Origin: Planctomycetota bacterium
GTDB lineage: Bacteria > Planctomycetota > UBA1135 > UBA2386
Assembly: GCA_046290465.1 (NCBI GenBank)
Contig: JBKAGP010000001.1
Span: forward strand, 3,872,001 to 3,936,000
Direction of reading: 5' to 3'
Length of the DNA stretch: 64,000 bases
Both the position numbers and the translations under genes were made by a program. Positions 1-10,586 of the stretch are shown piece by piece (within the stretch, counting starts at the first letter, position 1; every line of letters begins with the position of its first letter). The notes beneath the pieces were generated by a model. The model did no database searches. It had not been told where the DNA came from and saw nothing but the letters and a program-made list of their open reading frames with translations.

Positions 1-44
1 GTCCCGGTTCGGGCAGCCGGGGCTCGCGGCGTAGGATGCGCGCC

Positions 45-2549
45 ATGAAGCTGCATGGCGCGATCCTGACGATCACCCTGCTCGGCGCGGCCCCCCGTGC
101 GGCCGCGCAGCAGGACGGCGCAGCCGCCGTGCTCCAGCGCTACTGCCTGGACTGCCACGGCGCCGACGAGCCCGAGGCCGACGTGCGGCTCGACAACCTC
201 GCGCAGCTGCCGGTCGCCGAGCGCACCGACCTGATCGAGCGCGTGCGCGAGATGCTGCGCTTCGGCGAGATGCCTCCCGAGGAGGAGCCGCAGCCGACCG
301 ACGCCGAGCAGAAGCTGCTCGACGCCTGGCTCGACGACCTCAGCGACAGCGCCGCGGTGCGCGAGAAGCTGCGCCACCCGCACTACGGCAACGTCGTTGA
401 CCACGACCGGCTGTTCGCCGGCGACGCGGACGCGAAGGCGTTCACGCCGGCACGGCGCTGGCTGGTCAGCCCGCAGATTTTCCACGAGCGCGTCATGGAC
501 GTGTTCAAGCTCGAGGGGCGCGACCGCGACAACAAGCAGCACCGTGGCTTCGTCGGCGTCACCAACCCGTTCGTGCTGCCCGACCGCTCGGGCGTGCGCG
601 ACTACGACGTCGACGCGCTCGACGGCGGCGACCTGCTGGTGATGCTCGGCAACGCGCGCTGGATCGCCGACCGCCAGATCCTGATGGCGCGCCGGCTCGG
701 CGGCGAACGCCAGATCGCGTTCGCCGACAAGCGCGACCGCTGGATGCCGCGCCAGATCGCGAAGTCCTACGCCGCGTTCACGACGATCGTGAAGCTCGAG
801 GGCACCCCCAGCGACGACCAGATCGACGCGGCGGTGCAGGAGCAGTTCGACTGCGTGCTGCGCCGGCCCGCGTCCGCAGACGAGCTCGCGCGCTACCGCA
901 AGCTCGCCACGGAGTCGATCGCGCTCGGCGGCAACGTCGCGGGACTGCGCCAGATGATGATTGCGGTGCTGCTCGAGTCGGAGTTCGTCTACCGCGTCGA
1001 GTTCGGCGACGGTGAGGTCGACGACCACGGCCGCGCGCGGCTCAGCGGGCGCGAGGCGGCCTACGCAATCTCGTACGCGCTCGGCGACCGCCGCCCCGAC
1101 GCCGCACTGCTCGAGGCCGCGCGCCGCGGCAAGCTGCGCAGCCGCGACGACTACGCCCGCGAGGTCCGCCGGCTGCTCGCCGACGAGAGCTACTACCGCG
1201 GCCAGATCGACCCGTCGCTCAATGGCAAGCACTACCGCTCCAACGTCACCAGCCACCCGAAGGTCGTGCGGTTCTTCCGCGAGTTCTTCGGCTACCCGGG
1301 CGCGACCAAGGTCTTCAAGGACCCGCCGCGCAGCGGCGGCATCTACCAGAACCCGGGCCGCGGCACGGTCGGCACGCCGGGCCGGCTGATCCTCGAGACC
1401 GACCGCATCGTCACGCGCTTCGTCGAGGCCGACCGCGACGTGTTTCGCGAACTGCTGACGTCGGACCGGTTCTTCGTCTACCACGACAAGACCAACGAGC
1501 AGGGCGAGCAGATCCTCGAGGAGTGGCGCTCGGTCTACGAGCGCCTCAAGGACACCGACTGGATCGGACAGCCGCAGAAGGTGCTCGACGACCACCTCGC
1601 GTTCCTGAAGTCCATCAAGTCGATGCGCGTGCGCGACGCGTCCAAGCCGGGCGAGCTGGTCAACTACATGCACTTCTTCACGGAGCACTTCGGACGCGGC
1701 ATCCGCCCGTTCACGACCGTTCCGTGGGCGCACGGCTACACGTTCCACCACGCGCCGCTCTACAACCTGCCGCCGACGCCGCGCATCGGCCGCTACGGCA
1801 GCTGGAAGTCGACCAAGTACACCGGCGACAAGGTCGAGAAGCGCGACTTCTGGGACTACAGCCCGACCCAGCCGATCGCGCTTGAGCACCGCAAGGGTGT
1901 GCTGACGCACCCGTCGTGGTTGATCGCGCATTCGACCAACTTCCACCCGGACGCGATCCGCCGCGGTCGCTGGATCCGCGAGAAGCTGCTCGCCGGCCGC
2001 GTGCCGGACGTGCCGATCACTGTCGACGCACAGGTGCCGGACGATCCGCACCGCACGTTCCGCCAGCGCGTCGAGGACGTGACCGCGCCGCAGGAGTGCA
2101 ACCGCTGCCACCGGCACATGAACCCGCTCGGGCTGCCGTTTGAGGCGTTCGACGACTTCGGCCGGTTCCGCGCGGTCGAGTCGATGGAGCACCCGGACAA
2201 CCTGATCCGTCGCGGCAACGGCAAGACCACGTTCGACGTCTACCCGACCGAGCCGGTGGTGACGACCGGCCGCCTCGACGGCACCGGCGATCCGGCGCTC
2301 GACGGCGACGTCGCCGACCCGTTCGAGCTGATCGACCGGCTGTCGCGCTCGACGCGCGTGCGGCAGTCGATCATCCGCCACGCGTTCCGCTTCTACCTCG
2401 GGCGCAACGAGCAGCTGTCCGATGCCCAGACGCTGGTCGACGCGGACCGCGCCTACGTCGACAATGACGGCAGCTTCCGCGCGGTGATCGTCTCGCTGCT
2501 ATCCTCCGACTCGTTCCGCTTCCGCAAGGATCTCGACGACCAGCAATGA
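45..2549 (+). CDS. Planctomycete cytochrome c / DUF1592-DUF1588 (PSD-type) domain protein, exported
   Basis: Signal peptide; CxxCH motifs YCLDCHG and ECNRCHR; GVLTHPSWL...RGRWIREKLL and NPLGLPFEAFDDFGRFR motifs. Start at ATG 45 preferred over 36 because TAGGAT lies 7 nt upstream. Confidence 0.85.
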   Translation: MKLHGAILTITLLGAAPRAAAQQDGAAAVLQRYCLDCHGADEPEADVRLDNLAQLPVAERTDLIERVREMLRFGEMPPEEEPQPTDAEQKLLDAWLDDLSDSAAVREKLRHPHYGNVVDHDRLFAGDADAKAFTPARRWLVSPQIFHERVMDVFKLEGRDRDNKQHRGFVGVTNPFVLPDRSGVRDYDVDALDGGDLLVMLGNARWIADRQILMARRLGGERQIAFADKRDRWMPRQIAKSYAAFTTIVKLEGTPSDDQIDAAVQEQFDCVLRRPASADELARYRKLATESIALGGNVAGLRQMMIAVLLESEFVYRVEFGDGEVDDHGRARLSGREAAYAISYALGDRRPDAALLEAARRGKLRSRDDYAREVRRLLADESYYRGQIDPSLNGKHYRSNVTSHPKVVRFFREFFGYPGATKVFKDPPRSGGIYQNPGRGTVGTPGRLILETDRIVTRFVEADRDVFRELLTSDRFFVYHDKTNEQGEQILEEWRSVYERLKDTDWIGQPQKVLDDHLAFLKSIKSMRVRDASKPGELVNYMHFFTEHFGRGIRPFTTVPWAHGYTFHHAPLYNLPPTPRIGRYGSWKSTKYTGDKVEKRDFWDYSPTQPIALEHRKGVLTHPSWLIAHSTNFHPDAIRRGRWIREKLLAGRVPDVPITVDAQVPDDPHRTFRQRVEDVTAPQECNRCHRHMNPLGLPFEAFDDFGRFRAVESMEHPDNLIRRGNGKTTFDVYPTEPVVTTGRLDGTGDPALDGDVADPFELIDRLSRSTRVRQSIIRHAFRFYLGRNEQLSDAQTLVDADRAYVDNDGSFRAVIVSLLSSDSFRFRKDLDDQQ

Positions 2550-3946
2550 ACACCCGCCGCGACTTCCTGAGGAACAGCCTGTTCAGCGCCGGCGCGATGG
2601 CGTGCCTGGACACCAGCCAGCTGTTCGCCCGCCCCGAACGTCCGCCGATGCGGTTCGTGTTCATGCACCGCGGCAACGGCCTGTGGCCCAAGGTCATGGT
2701 GCCGCCGAGCTTCGACAAGAAGCTGCTCGAGAAGGAGCGCCGCAAGGAGGCCTACGAGGTCGACCTCGACGGCCACGAGCTGCCGAAGTGGCTGCAGCCG
2801 GTCGCCGGCCACGTCGACCACCTGACGCTGCTGCAGGGCCTGTCGGGCAAGATGTGCACGACCGGCCACCACTCATGGTGCTCGTCGCTCGGCGCCTACA
2901 AGGCGAACGAACGGCTGAGCTCGATCCGTTGGGCGACCGTCGACTTCGAGCTTGCCAGGCTGTTCCCGTCGCCGGCCGAGCACATCGAGCTGGCGTGCTT
3001 CCCGCTCGGCGGCGGCAACGCCCGCGGCGACCTCGACGGCATCGCGACCGGCTTCTCGGCGCGCGGCCCGCAGCAGCCCAACTACGCGTTCGGCTCGCCC
3101 CGCATCGCACTCGAGCAGCTGTTCAAGTCGGTCTCCGCCGACAAGTCGGCGCAGGCCGAGTACGCGCTCGAGCGGCGCCTGCTGAAGTTCGTCGCCGAGA
3201 ACGAGGGCGAGACCGCCGGCACCCTCGCCGGCATCGAGAAGGCCAAGGTGCAGGGCTACGCCGACTCGCTCGAGGCGATCCGCGAGCGCAACCGCAAGAT
3301 CGACGGCATGGCGGAGCGCATCCGCGAGCACGTGCCGGTGCTCGACGAGAAGCTGCTGGCCGGCGACATCACGACGATCCAGCGCCAGCAGGGCCATGCA
3401 GAGGTGCTGCTCGGCGCGCTGATCAGCGGCCTGACCAACGTCGTCGCGTTCACAGTCGACGAGCTCGGCCACATCTACACCGGCATCGACGGCATCGAGG
3501 GCGAGAAGGTCAACATGCACGACGTCGGCCACAACAAGCCGTTCGGCGGCGTGGCCGCGCCGGAGATCCGCGCGCGGGCGCGTACGCACCACATGCGGCT
3601 GATGGACACGATCGTCAGCCGCCTGAAGGCCGTGCCCGAGGGCGACGGCACGATGTTCGACAACACGATGGTCTGCTACTTCCCCGACGGCGGCGAGACG
3701 CACCACAGCCACGGCACGGAGTTCCCGTTCGTGGTGGTCGCCGGCGACAACGCCAAGGTGCAGCTCGGCCGCCGCTACATCCGCCTGCCGAACTACGGCA
3801 AGCCGGGCCACAAGACACTCGGCAACTGGTACACGACGCTGCTCAACGCCTACGGCAGCCCGATCGAGCACTTCGGCGCGCCCGACACCGGCCTCGACAA
3901 GTTCGGCATCGACCAGCGCGGCCCGATCGCGCAGTTCCTGGCCTAG
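2546..3946 (+). CDS. DUF1552 family protein, Tat-exported partner of the upstream cytochrome
   Basis: TRRDFLR Tat motif, PMRFVFMHRGNG, VPEGDGTMFDNT; ATGA overlap with the upstream gene. Confidence 0.85.
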   Translation: MNTRRDFLRNSLFSAGAMACLDTSQLFARPERPPMRFVFMHRGNGLWPKVMVPPSFDKKLLEKERRKEAYEVDLDGHELPKWLQPVAGHVDHLTLLQGLSGKMCTTGHHSWCSSLGAYKANERLSSIRWATVDFELARLFPSPAEHIELACFPLGGGNARGDLDGIATGFSARGPQQPNYAFGSPRIALEQLFKSVSADKSAQAEYALERRLLKFVAENEGETAGTLAGIEKAKVQGYADSLEAIRERNRKIDGMAERIREHVPVLDEKLLAGDITTIQRQQGHAEVLLGALISGLTNVVAFTVDELGHIYTGIDGIEGEKVNMHDVGHNKPFGGVAAPEIRARARTHHMRLMDTIVSRLKAVPEGDGTMFDNTMVCYFPDGGETHHSHGTEFPFVVVAGDNAKVQLGRRYIRLPNYGKPGHKTLGNWYTTLLNAYGSPIEHFGAPDTGLDKFGIDQRGPIAQFLA

Positions 3947-4995
3947 AGGCCGGCGCGGCGCAGGCGGTCGGCGACCGCCTGCCAGGCCGGGTCGTCCGGC
4001 AGCCGCTCGACGAACGCGACGGCGCAGCCGCTCGCGCCGATCCGGTGCAGCGCCGCGTAGAGCTGCTGCGCGAAGCCCTCGGCGTCGGTCGGCAGCACCT
4101 CGCGTAGCGCGGCCGTCGCGGCGCCGCGGTCGTCGCCGCGCGCGAGCACCGCGAACGGTCCATCGTGCGCCGGCAGCGACAGGTCGCCGGAGGCGTCGCG
4201 GTCGACGGCCACCAGCGGCACGCCCGGCGCGTAGTGCCGTTCGACCCGGCCCGGCGAGCGGCGCGCGGCGCCACCGTCCTCGTCGGCCGACGGCTCGGCC
4301 ACGCGGAAGCCCGCCTGCTCGAGCCGTGCGCGCGAGATCCCGCCGTGGCGCAGCAGCACGACGCGTTCGCCGCCCGCGGGGTCCGGCTCGACCGCGACCA
4401 CCGTCGACTCGATGCCGACCGTCGTCGGCCCGCCATCGACCACCGCATCGATGCGGTCGCCGAGCTGGTCGAGCACGTGCTGCGCGATCGTCGGCGACAC
4501 CTTGGTGAAGGGGTTGGCGCTCGGCGCCGCCAGCGGCACGCCGGCCGCCGCGATCAGCGCGCGCGCCACCGGATGCGCGGGCACCCGCACCCCGACCGTG
4601 TCGAGGCCGCCGGTGACCACGTCGGGGACCACGTCGCGCCGCGGCAGCACCAGCGTCAACGGGCCGGGCCAGAACGCCTCGGCCAGCCGCCGCGCCGTCT
4701 CCGGCATCGCCGCCGCGACCTCACCGACGCGCGCGACGTCGTCGAGGTGCACGATCAGCGGGTTGAACGACGGCCGTCCCTTGGCCGCGAATACCCGCCG
4801 CACCGCGGCGGCGTCGAGCGCGTTGGCGCCGAGGCCGTAGACCGTCTCGGTAGGAAACGCCACCAGCCTGCCCTCGCGCAACCACCGGCCCGGCTCGCGC
4901 AGCGCCTCGTCGAGCGCCGCCGGGTCGCGCGCATCGACGCACACCCGCACGGCCATCGGGCGCGGCTCGGGGTCCTCGTGGTCGTCTGCGGGCAT
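3943..4995 (-). CDS. sua5: L-threonylcarbamoyladenylate synthase (Sua5/TsaC with C-terminal Sua5 domain)
   Basis: VAFPTETVYGLGANA, AKGRPSFNPLIVH, AAPSAN, GIESTV, SPGxxxxHYAP motifs. Confidence 0.95.
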   Translation of the reverse strand: MPADDHEDPEPRPMAVRVCVDARDPAALDEALREPGRWLREGRLVAFPTETVYGLGANALDAAAVRRVFAAKGRPSFNPLIVHLDDVARVGEVAAAMPETARRLAEAFWPGPLTLVLPRRDVVPDVVTGGLDTVGVRVPAHPVARALIAAAGVPLAAPSANPFTKVSPTIAQHVLDQLGDRIDAVVDGGPTTVGIESTVVAVEPDPAGGERVVLLRHGGISRARLEQAGFRVAEPSADEDGGAARRSPGRVERHYAPGVPLVAVDRDASGDLSLPAHDGPFAVLARGDDRGAATAALREVLPTDAEGFAQQLYAALHRIGASGCAVAFVERLPDDPAWQAVADRLRRAGL

Positions 4996-5041
4996 CCGGG
5001 CGATTCTCGGCCCGCGGCCACCGCGAAAACAACCCGGCCGC

Positions 5042-6541
5042 TCACTTCTTCGCGGCGCCCTGCTGCGGCTGGCACCACATCCGATACGGATCGTCCAGCC
5101 GCTCCATCTCCGCCAGCAGCAGCGCCTCCATCTCGGCGCGCTTCTCGGCGTAGCGCGGCTCGTGCGCGAGGTTGACCTGGTCTCGCCGCGGCTCGTTGCC
5201 GGTCAACGCCGCGACCACGTCGACGGCGTGCTGCTCGAGCAGTTCGTTCGGGTTGCTGACCAGGTTGAACAGCTGCGTCTTCCGCACCGACCCGTCGAGC
5301 ACGTCGTACTGGATCAGCTTCCAGTCGCCCTTGCGCACGCAACGCATGCCCGGCTTGGTGCCGCCGGCGTAGACGCCGTAGAGCACGTCACGAACGACCG
5401 ACTGCGACCCCGTCAGCACCGGCTTCATGCTCTTGCCCTCGACGGTGTCCGGCGGCGCGATGCCGGCGAAGTCGCACAGCGTCGGCAGCAGGTCGAGCAG
5501 GTAGACGTTGCCGCGCACGCGCGCCTGCTTCGACACGCCGGGGCCCGAGACGATCATCGGCACGCGCCAGGTGTGCTCGTAGAGGTTCTGCTTGCCCTGC
5601 AGACCGTGGCGGCCGATCGCCATGCCGTGGTCGGCCGTGTAGACGACGATCGTGTCGTCGAGCTCACCCATCTGGCGCAGGCGTTCGAGCACGCGGCCGA
5701 TCTGGATGTCGATGTTCTCGTTGCACGCGAACTGCCGGCCGAGCTCGTTGCGGATCGTGCGCTCGTCGCGGCGCCGCTTGACGCCCTGCACGTTGACCTC
5801 GTCGCGCAGCCCCGGCTGGCCGTGGTGGAACGGGTGCGCCGGCAGCCAGTTGGCCGGCAGCGGCGGCGCGTTCTCGGACGGCTCCCCGAGCGCGCCCTCG
5901 TTCTGGGCGCCGTAGTGCGCGAGCAGCTCCGGCGGAGCCCAGCGCGGATCGTGCGGGTGCGAGAAGCCGAAGTAGATCAAGAACGGGTCCTCGTCGTCCG
6001 TCCGCTCGCGTTCGGCCAGGTAGTCCAGCACCCGCTCGGCGTGCCACGGCGAGCCGTTCTGGGGGTCCGCCTTGCGGCAGGTCTTGTCGTGCACGACCGT
6101 GAACTGCGCGTTGGCCTGCTGGTAGCTGTTGCCGCGCTTGCACGTGCGCATCGTGTCGTAGCCGGCTCGGTTGAACACCGCCGCGAGCGTCTTGCCCGGC
6201 AGGTCGCCCGGACACAGCGGGTTCTGCTTCTCGCCGCGGATGCCGCGCCTGGGCAGGTGCCAGACCGTGCGTCCGCTCATGATCATGTGGCGCGACGGCG
6301 TGCACACCGCACCGGACCAAGAACCCATGTGGTAGGCGCCGTCGACGACCGTGCCGTTCTCGGCGAGCCGGTCGATCACCGGCGTGCGGCACGGCGACTT
6401 CGGGTCGTAGACCGTGAGGTCGAACGGCGACTGGTCGTCGACGACGATCAGCAGGATGTTGGGCCGCTTCTGCGCGAGCAGTGGGCCGACGGCAAACGCG
6501 AACACGCTGACGAGCAGCGAAACAGCGGAGCGGATGTGCAT
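5042..6541 (-). CDS. Exported sulfatase (formylglycine-dependent)
   Basis: RPNILLIVVDDQ, CTPSR active-site motif, TADHG, GKQNLYE; signal peptide. Confidence 0.93.
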   Translation of the reverse strand: MHIRSAVSLLVSVFAFAVGPLLAQKRPNILLIVVDDQSPFDLTVYDPKSPCRTPVIDRLAENGTVVDGAYHMGSWSGAVCTPSRHMIMSGRTVWHLPRRGIRGEKQNPLCPGDLPGKTLAAVFNRAGYDTMRTCKRGNSYQQANAQFTVVHDKTCRKADPQNGSPWHAERVLDYLAERERTDDEDPFLIYFGFSHPHDPRWAPPELLAHYGAQNEGALGEPSENAPPLPANWLPAHPFHHGQPGLRDEVNVQGVKRRRDERTIRNELGRQFACNENIDIQIGRVLERLRQMGELDDTIVVYTADHGMAIGRHGLQGKQNLYEHTWRVPMIVSGPGVSKQARVRGNVYLLDLLPTLCDFAGIAPPDTVEGKSMKPVLTGSQSVVRDVLYGVYAGGTKPGMRCVRKGDWKLIQYDVLDGSVRKTQLFNLVSNPNELLEQHAVDVVAALTGNEPRRDQVNLAHEPRYAEKRAEMEALLLAEMERLDDPYRMWCQPQQGAAKK

Positions 6542-6594
6542 GGGCGCGGACGTTGCGGGAGACTGGCGGCCCGCATCGTCTCACTGCGCGCCCC

Positions 6595-8298
6595 ATGAAG
6601 CACCTCCTCGTCCTGTTCGTCCTGCTCTCCGCGGCGCTCGCGCAGCGCCCCAACGTCGTGCTGGTGATCACCGACGACCAGGGCTACGGCGATCTCGGCG
6701 TGCACGGCAACACCAAGATCCGCACGCCCAACCTCGATGCCCTCGCCGCAGAATCGGTGCGGCTGACCGACTACCACGTCGATCCGACCTGCTCGCCGAC
6801 GCGCAGCGCGCTGATGAGCGGTCGCTATTCGACGCGCACCGGCGTCTGGCACACGATCATGGGACGGTCGCTGATGTCGACCGACGAGACCACGCTCGCC
6901 GAACGCTTCGCCGCCAACGGCTACCGCACCGGCATGTTCGGCAAGTGGCATCTCGGCGACAACGCGCCGTGCCGGCCGCAGGACCAGGGCTTCGAGCGCG
7001 TCGTCTGGCACCACGGCGGCGGCGTCGGCCAGGGACCGGACCATTGGGGCAACGACTACTTCGACGACACCTACGAGGTCGACGGCGCGTGGCGCAGGTT
7101 CGACGGCTACTGCACCGACGTCTGGTTCGAGCAGGCCACCGAGTTCGTGCAGCGCGAGGACGCGCGGCCGTTCTTCGTCTACCTGTCGACCAATGCGCCG
7201 CACGGGCCGTATCTGGTCGACCCGTCGTACTCCAAGCCCTACGAGCAGGCCGGCGTGCCGGCGACGATGGCGAAGTTCTACGGGATGATCACCAACATCG
7301 ACGAGAACGTCGGCCGGCTGCGCAAGCTGCTCGCGGACACCGGCCTCGCCGACAACACGGTGTTCGTGTTCACCACCGACAACGGCACAGCCGCCGGCAA
7401 TGCGCGGCGCGGCAAGGAGCAGGGCAGCTGGAACGGCTTCAACGCCGGCATGCGCGGCAAGAAGGGCTCGGAGTACGACGGCGGCCACCGCGTGCCGCTG
7501 TTCGTGCACTGGCCGAAGGGCGGCGTCGGCGGCGGTCGCGACATCGCAGCACTGGCGGCGCACGTCGACGTGATGCCGACGCTGACCGAGCTGTGCGGCC
7601 TCGAGGCGAAGCCGGAGACCGACGGCGACGGCGCGTCGTTCGCCGCGGCCCTGCGCGGCACCGGCCCGGCGCCGGAGGGTCGCACGCTGTTCGTGCATTC
7701 GCAGCGCGTCGAGCATCCGCGCAAGTGGCGCAAGTGCGCGGTGATGACCGAGCGCTGGCGACTGGTCAACGGCCAGCAACTGTTCGACATCGAGCGAGAT
7801 CCCGGCCAACAGCACGACGTCGCGGCTCGCCACGCCGACGTCGTCGCCCGCCTGCGCGAAGCCTACGAGGGCTGGTGGCGTTCGCTCGAGCCGACCTTCG
7901 ACGACTACGTGCGCATCGCGCTCGGCGGCCGGCAGAACCCGACCCACCTGATGTCGCACGACTGGCACACCGACGACCAGGGCACGCCGTGGCACCAGAA
8001 CCACGTGCGCAACGGCTACGTCGGCAACGGGCCGTGGGCGGTCGACGTGGCGGTCGCCGGCCGTTACCGCGTCACGCTCTACCGCTGGCCCGCGCAGCTG
8101 GACCGGGCGATGCAGTGCGTGCACGCGTCGATCGCGATCGGGGACGTCGAGGCGCAGCGCGACCTCGCCCCCGACGACGCCTCGGTGGCGTTCGAGGTCG
8201 AGCTGCCGCGCGGGCCGGCGACGTTGCGCACGACCCTGCGTCGCACCGACGGCAAGGAGCACGGCGCCTACTTCGCGACGGTCGAACGGCTCGACTGA
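6595..8298 (+). CDS. Exported arylsulfatase
   Basis: RPNVVLVITDDQGYGD, CSPTRSALMSG, GKWHLG, TTDNG, GGHRVP; signal peptide MKHLLVLF...ALAQ. Confidence 0.93.
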   Translation: MKHLLVLFVLLSAALAQRPNVVLVITDDQGYGDLGVHGNTKIRTPNLDALAAESVRLTDYHVDPTCSPTRSALMSGRYSTRTGVWHTIMGRSLMSTDETTLAERFAANGYRTGMFGKWHLGDNAPCRPQDQGFERVVWHHGGGVGQGPDHWGNDYFDDTYEVDGAWRRFDGYCTDVWFEQATEFVQREDARPFFVYLSTNAPHGPYLVDPSYSKPYEQAGVPATMAKFYGMITNIDENVGRLRKLLADTGLADNTVFVFTTDNGTAAGNARRGKEQGSWNGFNAGMRGKKGSEYDGGHRVPLFVHWPKGGVGGGRDIAALAAHVDVMPTLTELCGLEAKPETDGDGASFAAALRGTGPAPEGRTLFVHSQRVEHPRKWRKCAVMTERWRLVNGQQLFDIERDPGQQHDVAARHADVVARLREAYEGWWRSLEPTFDDYVRIALGGRQNPTHLMSHDWHTDDQGTPWHQNHVRNGYVGNGPWAVDVAVAGRYRVTLYRWPAQLDRAMQCVHASIAIGDVEAQRDLAPDDASVAFEVELPRGPATLRTTLRRTDGKEHGAYFATVERLD

Positions 8299-8351
8299 TC
8301 CGGTCGCGCGGGAGCATTCTCCGCCCACGATCGTCGGGAGCGTCGCTCCCC

Positions 8352-9953
8352 ATGCGCTCCCTCCTCGCCATCGTGCTCGTCGCCGTGGCCGGCCTATGTG
8401 TCGTCGGCTGGTCCGGCGCCGGCAGCGTCGCGCCGCCGACGCCCGAAGTGACGGGCCGAGCAGCGGATGGGGCTCGCGGCCAGCTCACGGCGGACCAGCT
8501 CACGGCGGACCAGGGCGCGACGGGCCAGGGCCGCCGCGCGCACGGCGAGGCCAGCGAGGCCAGCGCGCAGCCGCCCGAACGCGCCCCCGGCGAGGGCGAA
8601 ACTCCCGGGCTGTTCGGGGTCGTGCTCGACCACGAGGGCCAGCCGCTCGAGGCCGTCACCGTGCGCCTGCTCGCCGACGGCGCGCGCGACCATCAGGCCA
8701 CCTACGCCTGCACCGCGACCGACGGCACCTTCGCGTTCGCCGACGTGCACGGCACGTTCGCCTGCCGCATCTGGAACCACGTGTTCGTCGAGCAGCAGGT
8801 CACGCTCGCGCCCGGCGAACGCCGCGACGTGGTGCTGCAGGTCGACGAGCCGTGCGTGCTGGTGTCGGGCCACGTGCGGGCCGGCCGTCGCGCGATCCAC
8901 GACCGCACCGTCGGCGTGCACGGCTCCGATCGGCACGGCGACGTGCACCACGACGCGCACACCGACGAACACGGCTACTACTGCCACCTGCTGCGACCGG
9001 GCACTTACGAGATATCGGTGGTCGGACCGCCGACGTCGATGTCGTGGAGCATCAAGGGTTCGACGATCTGGGTCGAGGTCGACACCGAGTCGATGGCCAG
9101 GCACACGCTGTCGCTGCGCGCGGCGCCGACCCGCGTCGAACGCGACTTCGACCTGCCGTCGGCGCAGGTCGAGGTGCGCGTGCGCACGCCCGACGATCGG
9201 CCGGTAGGCGATGCATCGGTCACCATCCGACGGGACTCCGGCGGCGGCCGTTCGTGGACACGGCGCACCGACGACGACGGCACGATCACGTTCTCGGAGC
9301 TACCCGCCGGTGACTGGGTCGTGCACGGCACGCACGAGATGCACCTCGAGCCGATGCCGGCGCACGTGCGCACGCGCTTCGGCGACGGCCGCCAGCAGGT
9401 GACGCTGACGATGGCAGACGCCGGCGCTGCGCTCGTCAAGCTGATGCACGAGGGCGAGCTCTACGAACCGCTGAACCCCGCCGACCTGTCGCTGCACGTC
9501 GCCGGCCGCGAGGTGCAGCAGGGCCACCGCGGCGAGGGCCGCATGTGGGTCTACGAGGGCGTGCGCTTCGACGCGGTGCCGGTCGGCACGCACGAGCTGC
9601 GCATCGAGGACCGCAAGCTCGCCGACGGTCGCGTGCGCTTCGCGCCGGTCGACCCACCGCCGCCGACGCCGGTGCACGTCACCCGCGGCAGGCGCGCCGA
9701 CGTCGAGGTGCCGGTGCGTCGCCGACCGCAGCTCGGCATCAGCGTGCTCGGCGGCCCCGAGATGGAGACCAGCATCGAGGTGCGTTGTCCCGCCGGAACG
9801 GTCGTGCCGAGCCATCGCGGCCACGACCACTGGCGCGCCGAAGTGCCGGCCGGGGACTACACCGTCGAGGTCCGCCGCGGCGAACGGCACCGCATCGACC
9901 GGGTCTCGGTCGGCCGTGCCGACGTCGAGCACCGCGTCACGTTCACGCACTGA
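8352..9953 (+). CDS. Membrane-anchored protein with carboxypeptidase-regulatory-like (Cna-B/transthyretin-like) beta-sandwich repeats
   Basis: N-terminal hydrophobic helix, Pro/Ala linker, repeated GxVxDxxGxP...TDxxGxF...LxxGxY motifs; 3' part of ORF 6414..9953. Confidence 0.75.
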   Translation: MRSLLAIVLVAVAGLCVVGWSGAGSVAPPTPEVTGRAADGARGQLTADQLTADQGATGQGRRAHGEASEASAQPPERAPGEGETPGLFGVVLDHEGQPLEAVTVRLLADGARDHQATYACTATDGTFAFADVHGTFACRIWNHVFVEQQVTLAPGERRDVVLQVDEPCVLVSGHVRAGRRAIHDRTVGVHGSDRHGDVHHDAHTDEHGYYCHLLRPGTYEISVVGPPTSMSWSIKGSTIWVEVDTESMARHTLSLRAAPTRVERDFDLPSAQVEVRVRTPDDRPVGDASVTIRRDSGGGRSWTRRTDDDGTITFSELPAGDWVVHGTHEMHLEPMPAHVRTRFGDGRQQVTLTMADAGAALVKLMHEGELYEPLNPADLSLHVAGREVQQGHRGEGRMWVYEGVRFDAVPVGTHELRIEDRKLADGRVRFAPVDPPPPTPVHVTRGRRADVEVPVRRRPQLGISVLGGPEMETSIEVRCPAGTVVPSHRGHDHWRAEVPAGDYTVEVRRGERHRIDRVSVGRADVEHRVTFTH

Positions 9954-10013
9954 GCGGCGCGCCACGAGGCCCCTCTGGCGGACGCCCCCGGCAGACACCA
10001 TGATGTCGCCGCC

Positions 10014-10586
10014 ATGACCGACACCCCGTCGCCCTCCCCGCGCACGAACGACACGTCGTCGGAACGCACCGAGAACTACCTCGAGGCCTACTCGGCGATC
10101 GGCGAGTGGATCCGGTTCGCGGACGCCAAGGCCGCGGTCGTGCTGACCGTCGTCGGCGCGCTCGCGAGCGTGCTGATCCCGACGCTGTCCGAGCTGCCGG
10201 ACAAGCCCGATCCGGAGTGGCTCTACTTCACTGCAGTCGGCCTGTTCGGCGTCTGGGCGATCCTGATGACGCTGTCGGGCGCCTATGCCGTCTGGTGCGT
10301 GCTGCCGCTGCGCAAGAAGGGACAGCACCCGTCGCTCGGCCACTGCAAGCACTTCCACCCCGCCGCCATCTCGCAGGCCTACCAGGAGCACGAGGTCGAG
10401 AGGTTCATCGACGACTGCCAGCAGGGTGGGGTCGACCAGTTCGAACGGCAGGTGCTGGCGGGCCTGCTGATCGACAGCCACATCTCGTCGGCGAAGTACG
10501 GCCGGGTGTCGACCTCGATCCGGCTGCTGACGTTCGGGGTGCCGTTCGGCTTCGCCTACCTGCTGGTCACGCAGTTCTTGTCGTGA
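10014..10586 (+). CDS. Pycsar effector-like / DUF5706 transmembrane protein
   Basis: EWIRFADAKAAVVL N-terminal motif, two TM helices, soluble loop, SxISSAKY followed by a C-terminal TM helix. Confidence 0.75.
   Translation: MTDTPSPSPRTNDTSSERTENYLEAYSAIGEWIRFADAKAAVVLTVVGALASVLIPTLSELPDKPDPEWLYFTAVGLFGVWAILMTLSGAYAVWCVLPLRKKGQHPSLGHCKHFHPAAISQAYQEHEVERFIDDCQQGGVDQFERQVLAGLLIDSHISSAKYGRVSTSIRLLTFGVPFGFAYLLVTQFLS

Noticed and set aside
8481..8513. 15-bp direct repeat (QLTAD x2); similarly the 9-bp NEP repeat near 25622
   Set aside because: In-frame microduplications in disordered linkers or termini; no sign of function.
10014..10586. Complete Pycsar/CBASS system
   Set aside because: No cyclase or nucleotidyltransferase gene is adjacent.
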